Below are positions 10,172 through 17,661 of a stretch of DNA of 64,000 nucleotides, in pieces (positions within the stretch are counted from its first letter, which is position 1; each line of letters opens with the position of its first letter). The notes under the pieces were generated by a model. The model made no database searches. It saw nothing but the letters and a program-made list of their open reading frames with translations, and was not told the DNA's origin. Source of the DNA: Thermodesulfovibrio sp. (GTDB lineage Bacteria; Nitrospirota; Thermodesulfovibrionia; Thermodesulfovibrionales; Thermodesulfovibrionaceae); contig DYFF01000020.1 in NCBI GenBank assembly GCA_020725335.1, positions 146,434 to 210,433 of the forward strand, given 5' to 3'. The translations under genes were made by a program, and so were the position numbers.

Positions 10172-10194
10172 GGGTGGGGGATTTTCCTCCACCC
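10172..10194. terminator. bidirectional rho-independent terminator between convergent genes
   Basis: GGGTGGGGG-ATTTT-CCTCCACCC gives a 9-bp stem with one G-U pair. T-runs follow on the plus strand and A-rich sequence precedes it. Confidence 0.7.
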
Positions 10195-10201
10195 TTTTAT
10201 T

Positions 10202-10591
10202 TTAAACTTCCACTCCTCTTTTTCTTAATTCTTCCAATTTTTTCTCTCTGCAATCTTTACATCTAAACTCGGGTTCGGGATCATGAAGCTTATCATAATT
10301 TTTAGTTTTAACTACTCTGTAACCTTCACAAACAGTTCCGCAGTCAGCACATCTAACATTTTCTCTTATTTCCCAAAGGGGATAAAAACCAGGAATCTTG
10401 AAGTGGGACTTAAATATTGCCTTGTCAACAAACCAAAATACATTGGCAAGTAAAAACTGATTGAGCAAAAAGGCAGGTATTGTATGAATTCTTAGATAAT
10501 CACTTAATACAAACTGAAGTAAAGCCCCAGCAATTCCTGAAAGAACAATCCATCTCCCAAACACATATACAAACCATGTTTTCATAATCAA
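10202..10591 (-). CDS. membrane protein with C-terminal zinc-ribbon (CxxC...CxxC)
   Basis: Three hydrophobic segments in the N-terminal 75 aa, then CADCGTVCEGY...FRCKDCREKK. It is the last gene of the MFS/ChrB-like operon. Confidence 0.55.
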   Translation of the reverse strand: MIMKTWFVYVFGRWIVLSGIAGALLQFVLSDYLRIHTIPAFLLNQFLLANVFWFVDKAIFKSHFKIPGFYPLWEIRENVRCADCGTVCEGYRVVKTKNYDKLHDPEPEFRCKDCREKKLEELRKRGVEV

Positions 10592-10606
10592 ACCTCCGTG
10601 AATTTA

Positions 10607-11134
10607 TTATTCTTTTTGTGCTTCTTTATAGACTCTCTTTGAAAATTCATCAAAAAGTCTTGTGCATTTTTTGAGCTTTTCGATAGCTTCTTTTTTAAGG
10701 GGAGCATTTATAAAATCTCTTTTTTCTACTTTTTTTAGCCATGCTTTCAGTTTTTCAAGCTCTTCTTCATTTTCTTCAACCTCTGCAAATATAAAATTTT
10801 GTCTTTCGATCTCAAAGGATATCTCTTTAAAAAAATCCTCACATTTATCAATTATTTCCTGATATTCTTTGTTTCTTGCATTGACAAATTCATTAAGAAT
10901 TTTTATCTCCTCATCTCGATTCAAAATTTTTCCCTCAAATAAAAGGACTTGTCCACCGTAATTATCTATTATTTTAGAAAGGTTTTGAACTTTATCTAAT
11001 AATTCTTTAGAATAAGGCAGAACCCATACAGTCTGATAGTTTATAGCACCAAGTTTTTTTAATTCTCTCCATATAAACACTCTTGCACGAGAAGGGGTTG
11101 AAGGAACTGTATATGATATAAAAAGCCACTTCAT
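10607..11134 (-). CDS. ChrB N-terminal domain-like protein
   Basis: WLFISYTVPSTPSRARVFIWRELKKLGAINYQTVWVLP matches the characteristic ChrB N-terminal pattern (S/T-x-P-S-x2-R-V-x-WR-x-L-K-x-GA). The C-terminal half is a charged coiled coil. Confidence 0.65.
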   Translation of the reverse strand: MKWLFISYTVPSTPSRARVFIWRELKKLGAINYQTVWVLPYSKELLDKVQNLSKIIDNYGGQVLLFEGKILNRDEEIKILNEFVNARNKEYQEIIDKCEDFFKEISFEIERQNFIFAEVEENEEELEKLKAWLKKVEKRDFINAPLKKEAIEKLKKCTRLFDEFSKRVYKEAQKE

Positions 11135-11141
11135 TTAATTT

Positions 11142-12290
11142 TTAGTGTAACATTTTTCTTACTTTCAGAAGAAAAGGTATCGCTGCAAGCTGTAACACTA
11201 CTGAAAAAACTATCAAAGCGTAGAGTGAAAAATCATACAGAACTCCTAAAGCAACACTGCCTAAAAACCAAAATAGACCATATCCTGTATTAAAAACACC
11301 GTATCCAATTCCTCTTTTTTCCCTTGGAACTAAGACAGCAACAGCTGCTCTCATTATAGACTCCTGTGCTCCCATTCCTATTCCCCATAAAATCATTCCG
11401 AACAAAGCAGAATAGAATCCACCAAGAAAACAAAGAGGTGCAAAGCCTGCTGAAAGAGATACAGAAAGAATAAGCACTGATAGCCCTTTTCTGTCAAAAA
11501 GATATCCAAAAAATAGGGCTGCCAATGCATCAACTCCCATTGCCACTGCATAAAAAACTGGTATCCATTGTTCAGAAACAGTTGCCACTTTTTTAAAATG
11601 ATAAGCAATAAGAGGAAAATCAGCGTATCCCGCACCATTTAAAGCTACAGCGACTAAATAAATCCAATAAACCTTACTTAAACCCTTTGTCTCAATCTGA
11701 AGCTTGCTTATCTCTAAATCTCTTGGTGAAGGATAAAGAATTCTTGCAAAAAAAAGAATTAAAACAGCAATCATAGCAGGGATAAGCAATACTCCAAATG
11801 CTTCTCTGTATCCTCCATGGAAATAAAAAACTCCTGCAACTATCAGAGGACCGATCATTGCCCCAAGCTGATCCATTGCCTCATGAAGTCCAAAACCCCA
11901 TCCACGACCTATTTCTACTGTTGCATGGCTTAACATAGCATCTCTTGAGGGATTTCGTATTGCTTTACCAATTCTTTCAGCCATAATTAAAAAAGCTGCC
12001 AGCTGCCACTGCCCAACTAAAGCAAGTGCAGGAACGCTTAAAAGATTTATCAAGTAACCGATGATTGTTATTGTCCAGTATTTCCCAGTCTTGTCAGCAA
12101 GCCATCCTGAGATTAGTCTCAAAGCATATCCTAAAAACTCTCCAAGTCCTGCAATTAGTCCAACTAAGGCAGCAGAAGCTCCCAAAACCTCAAGATAAGG
12201 ACCTGTGATACTTCTTGCAGCTTCGTAGGTCATATCAGAAAAAAGGCTTACAAAGCCGAGTAAAACAATAAATATGGTAGCTGTTTTCAA
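11142..12290 (-). CDS. MFS transporter
   Basis: About 12 predicted hydrophobic helices and an MFS-like loop GWLADKTGKYW. TTG start at 12290 with GAGGAGG 6 nt upstream. Confidence 0.85.
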   Translation of the reverse strand: MKTATIFIVLLGFVSLFSDMTYEAARSITGPYLEVLGASAALVGLIAGLGEFLGYALRLISGWLADKTGKYWTITIIGYLINLLSVPALALVGQWQLAAFLIMAERIGKAIRNPSRDAMLSHATVEIGRGWGFGLHEAMDQLGAMIGPLIVAGVFYFHGGYREAFGVLLIPAMIAVLILFFARILYPSPRDLEISKLQIETKGLSKVYWIYLVAVALNGAGYADFPLIAYHFKKVATVSEQWIPVFYAVAMGVDALAALFFGYLFDRKGLSVLILSVSLSAGFAPLCFLGGFYSALFGMILWGIGMGAQESIMRAAVAVLVPREKRGIGYGVFNTGYGLFWFLGSVALGVLYDFSLYALIVFSVVLQLAAIPFLLKVRKMLH

Positions 12291-12299
12291 TTCTGTCCT

Positions 12300-12540
12300 C
12301 CTCTATCACTGTAACTCATTAGTCGTTTCCTATTTATATCATGCCGAGAATGCATAAACAGCCGAGGAATCTCATACTATCTGCAGTCACACTTTAAGGA
12401 CAGAGATTCCTCGCAACACTTGAGAGTGCTCGGAACGACAGAAAAAAAGATAACCCTTTCGAGTCAGATTCCCATCAGGGTCATTAAGCCCCCTCCGAAT
12501 GACTCCTGATAATTCAACAGCTTCCAATTCAATGCTATCA
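12300..12540 (-). ncRNA. candidate structured leader / cis-regulatory RNA upstream of the MFS operon (or terminator of the usp gene plus operator)
   Basis: Visibly more GC-rich than its surroundings. There is an 11-bp perfect inverted repeat (12363-12373 / 12403-12413). On the minus strand the hairpin UGACCCU..AGGGUUA is followed by UC+U7 (12442-12483). It competes with the hairpin GUCAUU..AAUGAC (12480-12503). A long-range pairing GUCGUUCC/GGAAACGAC joins 12432-12439 with 12322-12330. Confidence 0.3.
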
Positions 12541-12598
12541 CTCATAGTCCTATTTGATATCATTCCATTTCATAGGAAATAAACGTGAAATCTCATTC

Positions 12599-13447
12599 CT
12601 ATTTTGCAATAAGTACAGAACGTTCACTATATTCCAGAACCCTCTGGGAAACGCTACCCAGAAGGATCCCTTTTACAAATCCCTTACCATGAGAGCCCAT
12701 TACAATAAGAGAAACATCTTCCTGAGAGGCAATATTAATAATCTCTTTGTATGGTTTACCCTGAACTAAATGATAGCTCACCTTAAACCCAATTTTCTCA
12801 AGCTCTTGCTTTATAGCATTTAATTTAATTTCGCTATCATCTCTGCTTTCATTTTCCATAACATGAACAATAACTGCTTCCCTTGCTCCTGCATTATATA
12901 AAAATGATATATAGTTTTTAGCACGCTCCGAATGCTCTGACCAATCAGTGGCATAAAGTATTTTTCTAAAAAGATTACTGCAGAATTGTTCAGTGACTTT
13001 ACCTTCAATCATTCTAATGGTATGATATTTTACAACCAAAACTGGTAATGAAGATTTCTTAACAACTCCATCTGTAGTAGAACCAATAAATAACTCATCA
13101 ATCATATGTCTTTTATGCCTTCCTGTTACAATAAGAGAGACATTTTCAAGGGCTGCTTCTTTAACAATTTCATTTACAACATTGCCTGAAGTTATTTTTG
13201 TCTTTCCTGACAATCCAGTTGATTGAAGATAATCTATATATTCCTTCATCTTTTCAGTTGCAGATTGTTTAATGTGGTCAATATCAAAAGGCAATCCCGA
13301 TTCTTTTGTAAAATAAATAGCATCCTCATCTATAACATAAAGCAATACAATCTCTCTCAATCCTGCTGATTTTAAACAAGTAAGACTTTTTAAGATCGGA
13401 AGAGAAAACTCATCAAACTTTGTTGGATAAAGAATCTTTGAAAACAT
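12599..13447 (-). CDS. tandem universal stress protein (two UspA domains)
   Basis: Two repeats each end in a USP ATP-binding-like motif: GRHKRHMIDELFIGSTTDGVVKKSSLPVLVV and GSHGKGFVKGILLGSVSQRVLEYSERSVLI. Confidence 0.85.
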   Translation of the reverse strand: MFSKILYPTKFDEFSLPILKSLTCLKSAGLREIVLLYVIDEDAIYFTKESGLPFDIDHIKQSATEKMKEYIDYLQSTGLSGKTKITSGNVVNEIVKEAALENVSLIVTGRHKRHMIDELFIGSTTDGVVKKSSLPVLVVKYHTIRMIEGKVTEQFCSNLFRKILYATDWSEHSERAKNYISFLYNAGAREAVIVHVMENESRDDSEIKLNAIKQELEKIGFKVSYHLVQGKPYKEIINIASQEDVSLIVMGSHGKGFVKGILLGSVSQRVLEYSERSVLIAK

Positions 13448-13464
13448 TTTTAAACCTCCTTATT

Positions 13465-14323
13465 TTATTTAACCCCTAATAGCCAAGAAAATACTTTGTA
13501 TAAGATATAAGCTGTAAATCCTGATACTATAAGAGAGACACCCCAATTTATGACAATCTCTTTAATCACTTTAATCTGAATATATTTCACTCCCCTTGCA
13601 AGCCCTGCACCACCAATTGAACCAACTATTGCCTGATTCATAGATGTGGGATATCCCAAAATTGCTGCAATATAAGCTGTAGTTGCCTGTCCAAACTGTG
13701 CACCTATTGCGCTGTTTATTTCAAGTTGAACGATATGAAGTCCTACTTTTTCCAAAAGGGGTCTACCCCATGTTAAAGCTCCTATAGCTACAACCACTCC
13801 GCCAATGAAACCTGCAAAAAGCAGAGACTTCAGAGTTCCGCTCTGCTTTCTTAACTATTCCTACTGTTTTAGTGAAAATAAAGCCAAAAATACATCCAAC
13901 CAGCGGAGTGCCAACCCATGTAATTGCAAGGGGTAACATAGTGTGTTCCCATGCAATTGGAGCATCAATGGCAAGGCCTACTCCAACAATTGAAAAACAG
14001 GCTAACTGAGCTGTTGATATAGGTAGCTTAAGCCATGTATTAACTGCTGTAACCAAAGCTGCATTAAGCATCATTATCATGGCTCTAAAAGGAGTGAGAT
14101 ATTCAATTGGAATTATTCCTACCCCTACAGTTTTGATAACCTCATGGCTTTGAAATGTTGCGCCTAACAAGGCACATATTGCCATTATCAGTGTAGCAGT
14201 CCTGATATCCAATATCTTTGCTCCATAGGCTGTGCCCATCACTGCACCGGTATAATGTGAACCAATTGTCCATCCAAAAAACAATCCCGCGATAATCATT
14301 CCTACAATATAAAAGGTTTCCAT
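13465..14323 (-). pseudogene. PiT-family (PHO4/CysP-like) anion permease interrupted by a frameshift
   Basis: Two overlapping ORFs (13763-14380 and 13465-13797) in different frames together give a polytopic permease of about 300 aa. The likely real start is ATG 14323 (METFYIVG), preceded by GGAGGTG. The downstream frame stays open back to a TAG at 13855-13857 and reads LKSLLFAGFIGGVVVAIGALTWG. Confidence 0.7.
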
Positions 14324-14444
14324 AAATTCACCTCCAAGTTTATATGTAACTATTGTTACATAAATTTTATAAAATGTCAATAAAAATTTTAGTGACTATT
14401 GTTACATATATTTTTGAAAAAAGCAAAAAAATTCTCTGGAAAAC

Positions 14445-15236
14445 TTAAACATTAACCTTCCTTTTATCATAAAGATTTCTCAATAAAAGAATTTTTAAAC
14501 TCTCTACTGCATAATATGTTGATTCTAAAAATGAAGCTGCCCGAGGAGTTCTTGCAAATCCACCAGATTTTGTCTGACAAAATAAAATAAAATTAAGAAC
14601 ACCTTCCTTATCTTTTGGGGTTGAGCGCAAAAAATTTAATGCTTTAAGACAAAAATATGTATTATCTATATAAGAAGTTGTACCTGGTGAAAATCCAAAT
14701 CCTCCGTCGGGATTCTGGCATTCTGTAAAATATTTAACTAAAAATTTTTTATCAAATCTTTCTCTAATAATTCCTTTATCTGCTAAGTAAACAGTCATCC
14801 ATAAGTCTCTTACTATTTTAGAGTCTGGTATTTTCTCTATATCTGGATGTGATAATGGTAAATTTATCAACTCTGAAATTTTCACTAAATAAAATATTCG
14901 TTCTAATGTCATTATGTTTGAAGATAAAGAAAAGCTTGATTGTTCTGAGAAATTTATCTTTATATTACAAATTAAACAAATTTTTAAAAATTGATAAAAA
15001 ATTTTAGGTTCAGTCCATTTTCTATTTTGGTAAAGCCATAATTGTAAGTTGTTATCTTCTTGAGGGTTATAATCAATATCTAAGCCAAATTCTTTTAAGG
15101 CTTTTAATATTTTTAATGCATGATAAGTATCTTCAATTGTTGCAGGAAGTAAAGGGGTGGCTGCAAAACCACCTTCTTGCCTCTTTCGCTGGATAACAAA
15201 GTGATAACAATCGTTAAGACTTTTTCTTAAATTCAT
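14445..15236 (-). CDS. prenyltransferase/squalene-oxidase repeat (alpha-alpha toroid) protein
   Basis: Repeated motifs QEGGFAATPLLPATIEDTYHALKIL, PDGGFGFSPGTTSYIDNTYFCLKAL and KSGGFARTPRAASFLESTYYAVESL are typical of prenyltransferase beta-subunit or terpene cyclase repeats. Confidence 0.65.
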   Translation of the reverse strand: MNLRKSLNDCYHFVIQRKRQEGGFAATPLLPATIEDTYHALKILKALKEFGLDIDYNPQEDNNLQLWLYQNRKWTEPKIFYQFLKICLICNIKINFSEQSSFSLSSNIMTLERIFYLVKISELINLPLSHPDIEKIPDSKIVRDLWMTVYLADKGIIRERFDKKFLVKYFTECQNPDGGFGFSPGTTSYIDNTYFCLKALNFLRSTPKDKEGVLNFILFCQTKSGGFARTPRAASFLESTYYAVESLKILLLRNLYDKRKVNV

Positions 15237-15583
15237 TAAATTATTTTATTTATGTGTAATCATCAAGGCTTGCCTCACATTTCCATTCTCATGCCCGTGT
15301 TATTTGATTATAATCCGCAATTTTTTCTTTTGCAAGATTTAATAGTATCAAGACAATAAAAAATTTTAGTTATTTTTCAAAGAGGAATTTATCTTGAAAG
15401 GAAATTGCAAATACAGAGAAACTATTTTTATAGCTATCAAATTAACATGGTTTTGGTATAATGGCAATAGATGCCTTTAAAAATCATACAGGTAAACTTG
15501 AGTTTTGCTGTTCTAAAAGTAATTTATCAGTTTAAAACTTTATTACATAGAGTTATAATAAAAATGATTTAGAGGAGGTATAT

Positions 15584-16156
15584 ATGGGGGAAGTAGGTAA
15601 TGAAAAAATATTTGGTGGATTGGGTTCAGCATTTATTATATTAAGTTTTCTTCCCTATATAGGTTGGATTTTAGGAATTGCAGGAATTGTTCTTCTTTTT
15701 ATAGCCTTTCATAAATTTTCTGAGATATTCAGTGATAAAAACATCTTTAATAAATTTCTGACAGCATTTTTAGTTTCTATCGCTGGAATTATTGTTTTTC
15801 TTATATTTGGGTTATTTTCTTTTATTCCAGCGATGATGAGTGCAAAACATGGCGCTGGAGAACACATGGGCTTTGATTTTGGAATGTTAGGTATAGGAAT
15901 AATTTTTGCATTGATTGTTTTTTATATAATTAATATCTTTGCAGCTAATTATTACAGACACTGTTTTAACCTTATGGCAGAGTATACGAGTATAAATCTA
16001 TTTAGACTTGCTGGCACCTTTGTTTTTTGGGGTGCTGTTGGATTAATAGCTTTTGGACTTGGGGCAATCGCTATTATCGTTGGTTGGATACTGCTTACTA
16101 TAGCCTTTTTTAGCCTTCCTCAATCCTATAATACCTATGATATAGAGATTAAATGA
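15584..16156 (+). CDS. integral membrane protein (DUF996-like)
   Basis: Five to six hydrophobic helices. The segment GWILGIAGIVLLFIAFHKFSEIFSDKNIFNKF resembles the DUF996 family from memory. Strong SD GGAGGT. Confidence 0.55.
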   Translation: MGEVGNEKIFGGLGSAFIILSFLPYIGWILGIAGIVLLFIAFHKFSEIFSDKNIFNKFLTAFLVSIAGIIVFLIFGLFSFIPAMMSAKHGAGEHMGFDFGMLGIGIIFALIVFYIINIFAANYYRHCFNLMAEYTSINLFRLAGTFVFWGAVGLIAFGLGAIAIIVGWILLTIAFFSLPQSYNTYDIEIK

Positions 16157-16201
16157 CAATTAAAACCTAACAAGACCTTCCATTCAATGCTATAATAATT
16201 C

Positions 16202-16705
16202 ATGGATTTTTTTAAGAAGTTGTTTGATGCATTAAACAATGCAGGAGTTAAATATCTTTTATGTGGAGGCATTGCAGTAAATTTATATGGAATAGAAAGA
16301 GCTACTGCAGATATAGATATTGTATTAAAGCTTGATGAGGAAAATTTAATAAAATTTGTTAATATAGCTAAAAAAATAGGATTGAAGCCTAAGATACCTG
16401 TAGAATTAGATGAATTAGTAAATACAGAAAAAAGACAAGATTGGAAACTGTATAGGAATATGAGAGTTTTTAGCTTATATGAGGAAGGGGCACCATTTTT
16501 TATTGTTGATATATTGATTGATGAACCCTTTGAATTTTTAGAAGTCTACAGTAGGAGAAAAGAAATAAAGTTTAATGAAACAGTTATTCCACTTGTTCCT
16601 ATTGATATTTTGATTAAGATGAAGGAGAAGACTGGGAGGCCCCAAGATGAAGCAGATGTTTTTTATCTGAGGAAGATAAAAGAGGAGTGGGAAAGAGAAG
16701 ACTAA
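16202..16705 (+). CDS. minimal nucleotidyltransferase-fold protein (DUF2204/AbiEii-like)
   Basis: LLCGGIAVNLYGIERATADIDIVL carries the GG-x-A...G-x-x-R-x-T-x-D-I-D NTase signature. There is no SD. TATAAT at 16191-16196 ends 5 nt before the ATG. Confidence 0.6.
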   Translation: MDFFKKLFDALNNAGVKYLLCGGIAVNLYGIERATADIDIVLKLDEENLIKFVNIAKKIGLKPKIPVELDELVNTEKRQDWKLYRNMRVFSLYEEGAPFFIVDILIDEPFEFLEVYSRRKEIKFNETVIPLVPIDILIKMKEKTGRPQDEADVFYLRKIKEEWERED

Positions 16706-16706
16706 T

Positions 16707-16895
16707 ATGGAGAAAAGTCGAGAAAGACCTCTTCTTTACTATAAAACAAAAGAACAAATTGAAAAATACAGAAATAAACCTGTTGAACATAAATTAAAAT
16801 GGCTTGAGGAACAAATGTATTTTTTCTATTATGCTATGCCTGAAAAAGCAAAAAAAATTAGAGAGAGTTTAATGGAGGATAATATTAGTGGATGA
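16707..16895 (+). CDS. hypothetical small protein following the NTase
   Basis: A 62-aa ORF starts 1 nt after the NTase stop and overlaps the uppP start by 8 nt. It is charged and helical-looking. No recognisable motif. Confidence 0.4.
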   Translation: MEKSRERPLLYYKTKEQIEKYRNKPVEHKLKWLEEQMYFFYYAMPEKAKKIRESLMEDNISG

Positions 16896-17661
16896 GATTT
16901 TCAAGGTGGTCATACTTGGTATTATTCAGGGTATTACAGAGTTTCTGCCTATAAGCAGTACTGCACATCTTGTTATCACACCATGGATTTTTGGTTGGAC
17001 TGGTACTGTTAATTCCCTTAGTTTTAACATTGCTGTTCATCTGGGAACTCTTTTTTCACTTTTGTACTGTTTCTGGAAAGACTGGCTTGATATACTTTTG
17101 AGGGATAGAAAAATGCTTCTCTATCTGATTTTAGGCACAATCCCTGCAGGGTTAGCAGGCGTTGCCTTTCATGACTTTATTGAAAATTCATTAAGAAACC
17201 CTTTAATTATTGTTTTTACCCTTGTTTTTGTTGGAATTCTTATGCTTATTGCAGAAAAGGTTGGTAAAAGACAGAGAAACTCTGTAACACTCTCCGATGC
17301 TCTTGTAATCGGCACAGCACAAGCAATAGCCCTTATCCCTGGAGTTTCCCGTTCAGGAATAACAATTACCGCTGGATTATTTAAAGGACTTGATAGAGCC
17401 TATGCAGCAAAATTTTCTTTTCTTCTTTCAACACCTGCAATTGCTGGTGCAGGCATACTTGATTTTTATAAATCTATAAAAATTGGCTATTCTCATGACT
17501 ACTCACTTTTCATTATAGGAGTGATTTCAGCAGCAGTTACAGGAATAATAGCTATCAAATTTTTACTCAACTTTTTGAAAAAGTATCCTCTAAATATCTT
17601 CATATATTACCGATGGGTTTTAGCAGGGGTTATTTTTTTGTTATATTTTCTTAGAAACTGA
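16888..17661 (+). CDS. uppP: undecaprenyl-diphosphate phosphatase
   Basis: The motifs GIIQGITEFLPISSTAHL and PGVSRSGITITAG are the BacA/UppP signatures. Confidence 0.9.
   Translation: MDEIFKVVILGIIQGITEFLPISSTAHLVITPWIFGWTGTVNSLSFNIAVHLGTLFSLLYCFWKDWLDILLRDRKMLLYLILGTIPAGLAGVAFHDFIENSLRNPLIIVFTLVFVGILMLIAEKVGKRQRNSVTLSDALVIGTAQAIALIPGVSRSGITITAGLFKGLDRAYAAKFSFLLSTPAIAGAGILDFYKSIKIGYSHDYSLFIIGVISAAVTGIIAIKFLLNFLKKYPLNIFIYYRWVLAGVIFLLYFLRN

Noticed and set aside
9638-10192. 184-aa minus-strand ORF antisense to the KPAEPA-repeat gene
   Set aside because: It is the mirror image of the low-complexity repeats (AGFAGSAGFAGS...). It has no RBS and spans the terminator hairpin. The plus-strand gene has a signal peptide and a strong SD.
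12554-12769. 71-aa plus-strand ORF at the edge of the structured intergenic region
   Set aside because: Most of it is antisense to the tandem USP gene 3' end. No RBS and no recognisable motif.
15391-15480. 28-codon TTG-initiated ORF (LKGNCKYRETIFIAIKLTWFWYNGNRCL) in the long AT-rich spacer
   Set aside because: It has only a weak AGAGGA upstream and a non-ATG start. It is too short to assess without conservation or expression data.
16176-16194. Shared motif CTTCCA(A)TTCAATGCTAT(C/A)A also present at 12521-12540
   Set aside because: There is only an exact 11-mer plus a 6-mer with an indel. In 64 kb of AT-rich DNA searched on both strands this is within chance expectation, and the two copies share no common context.
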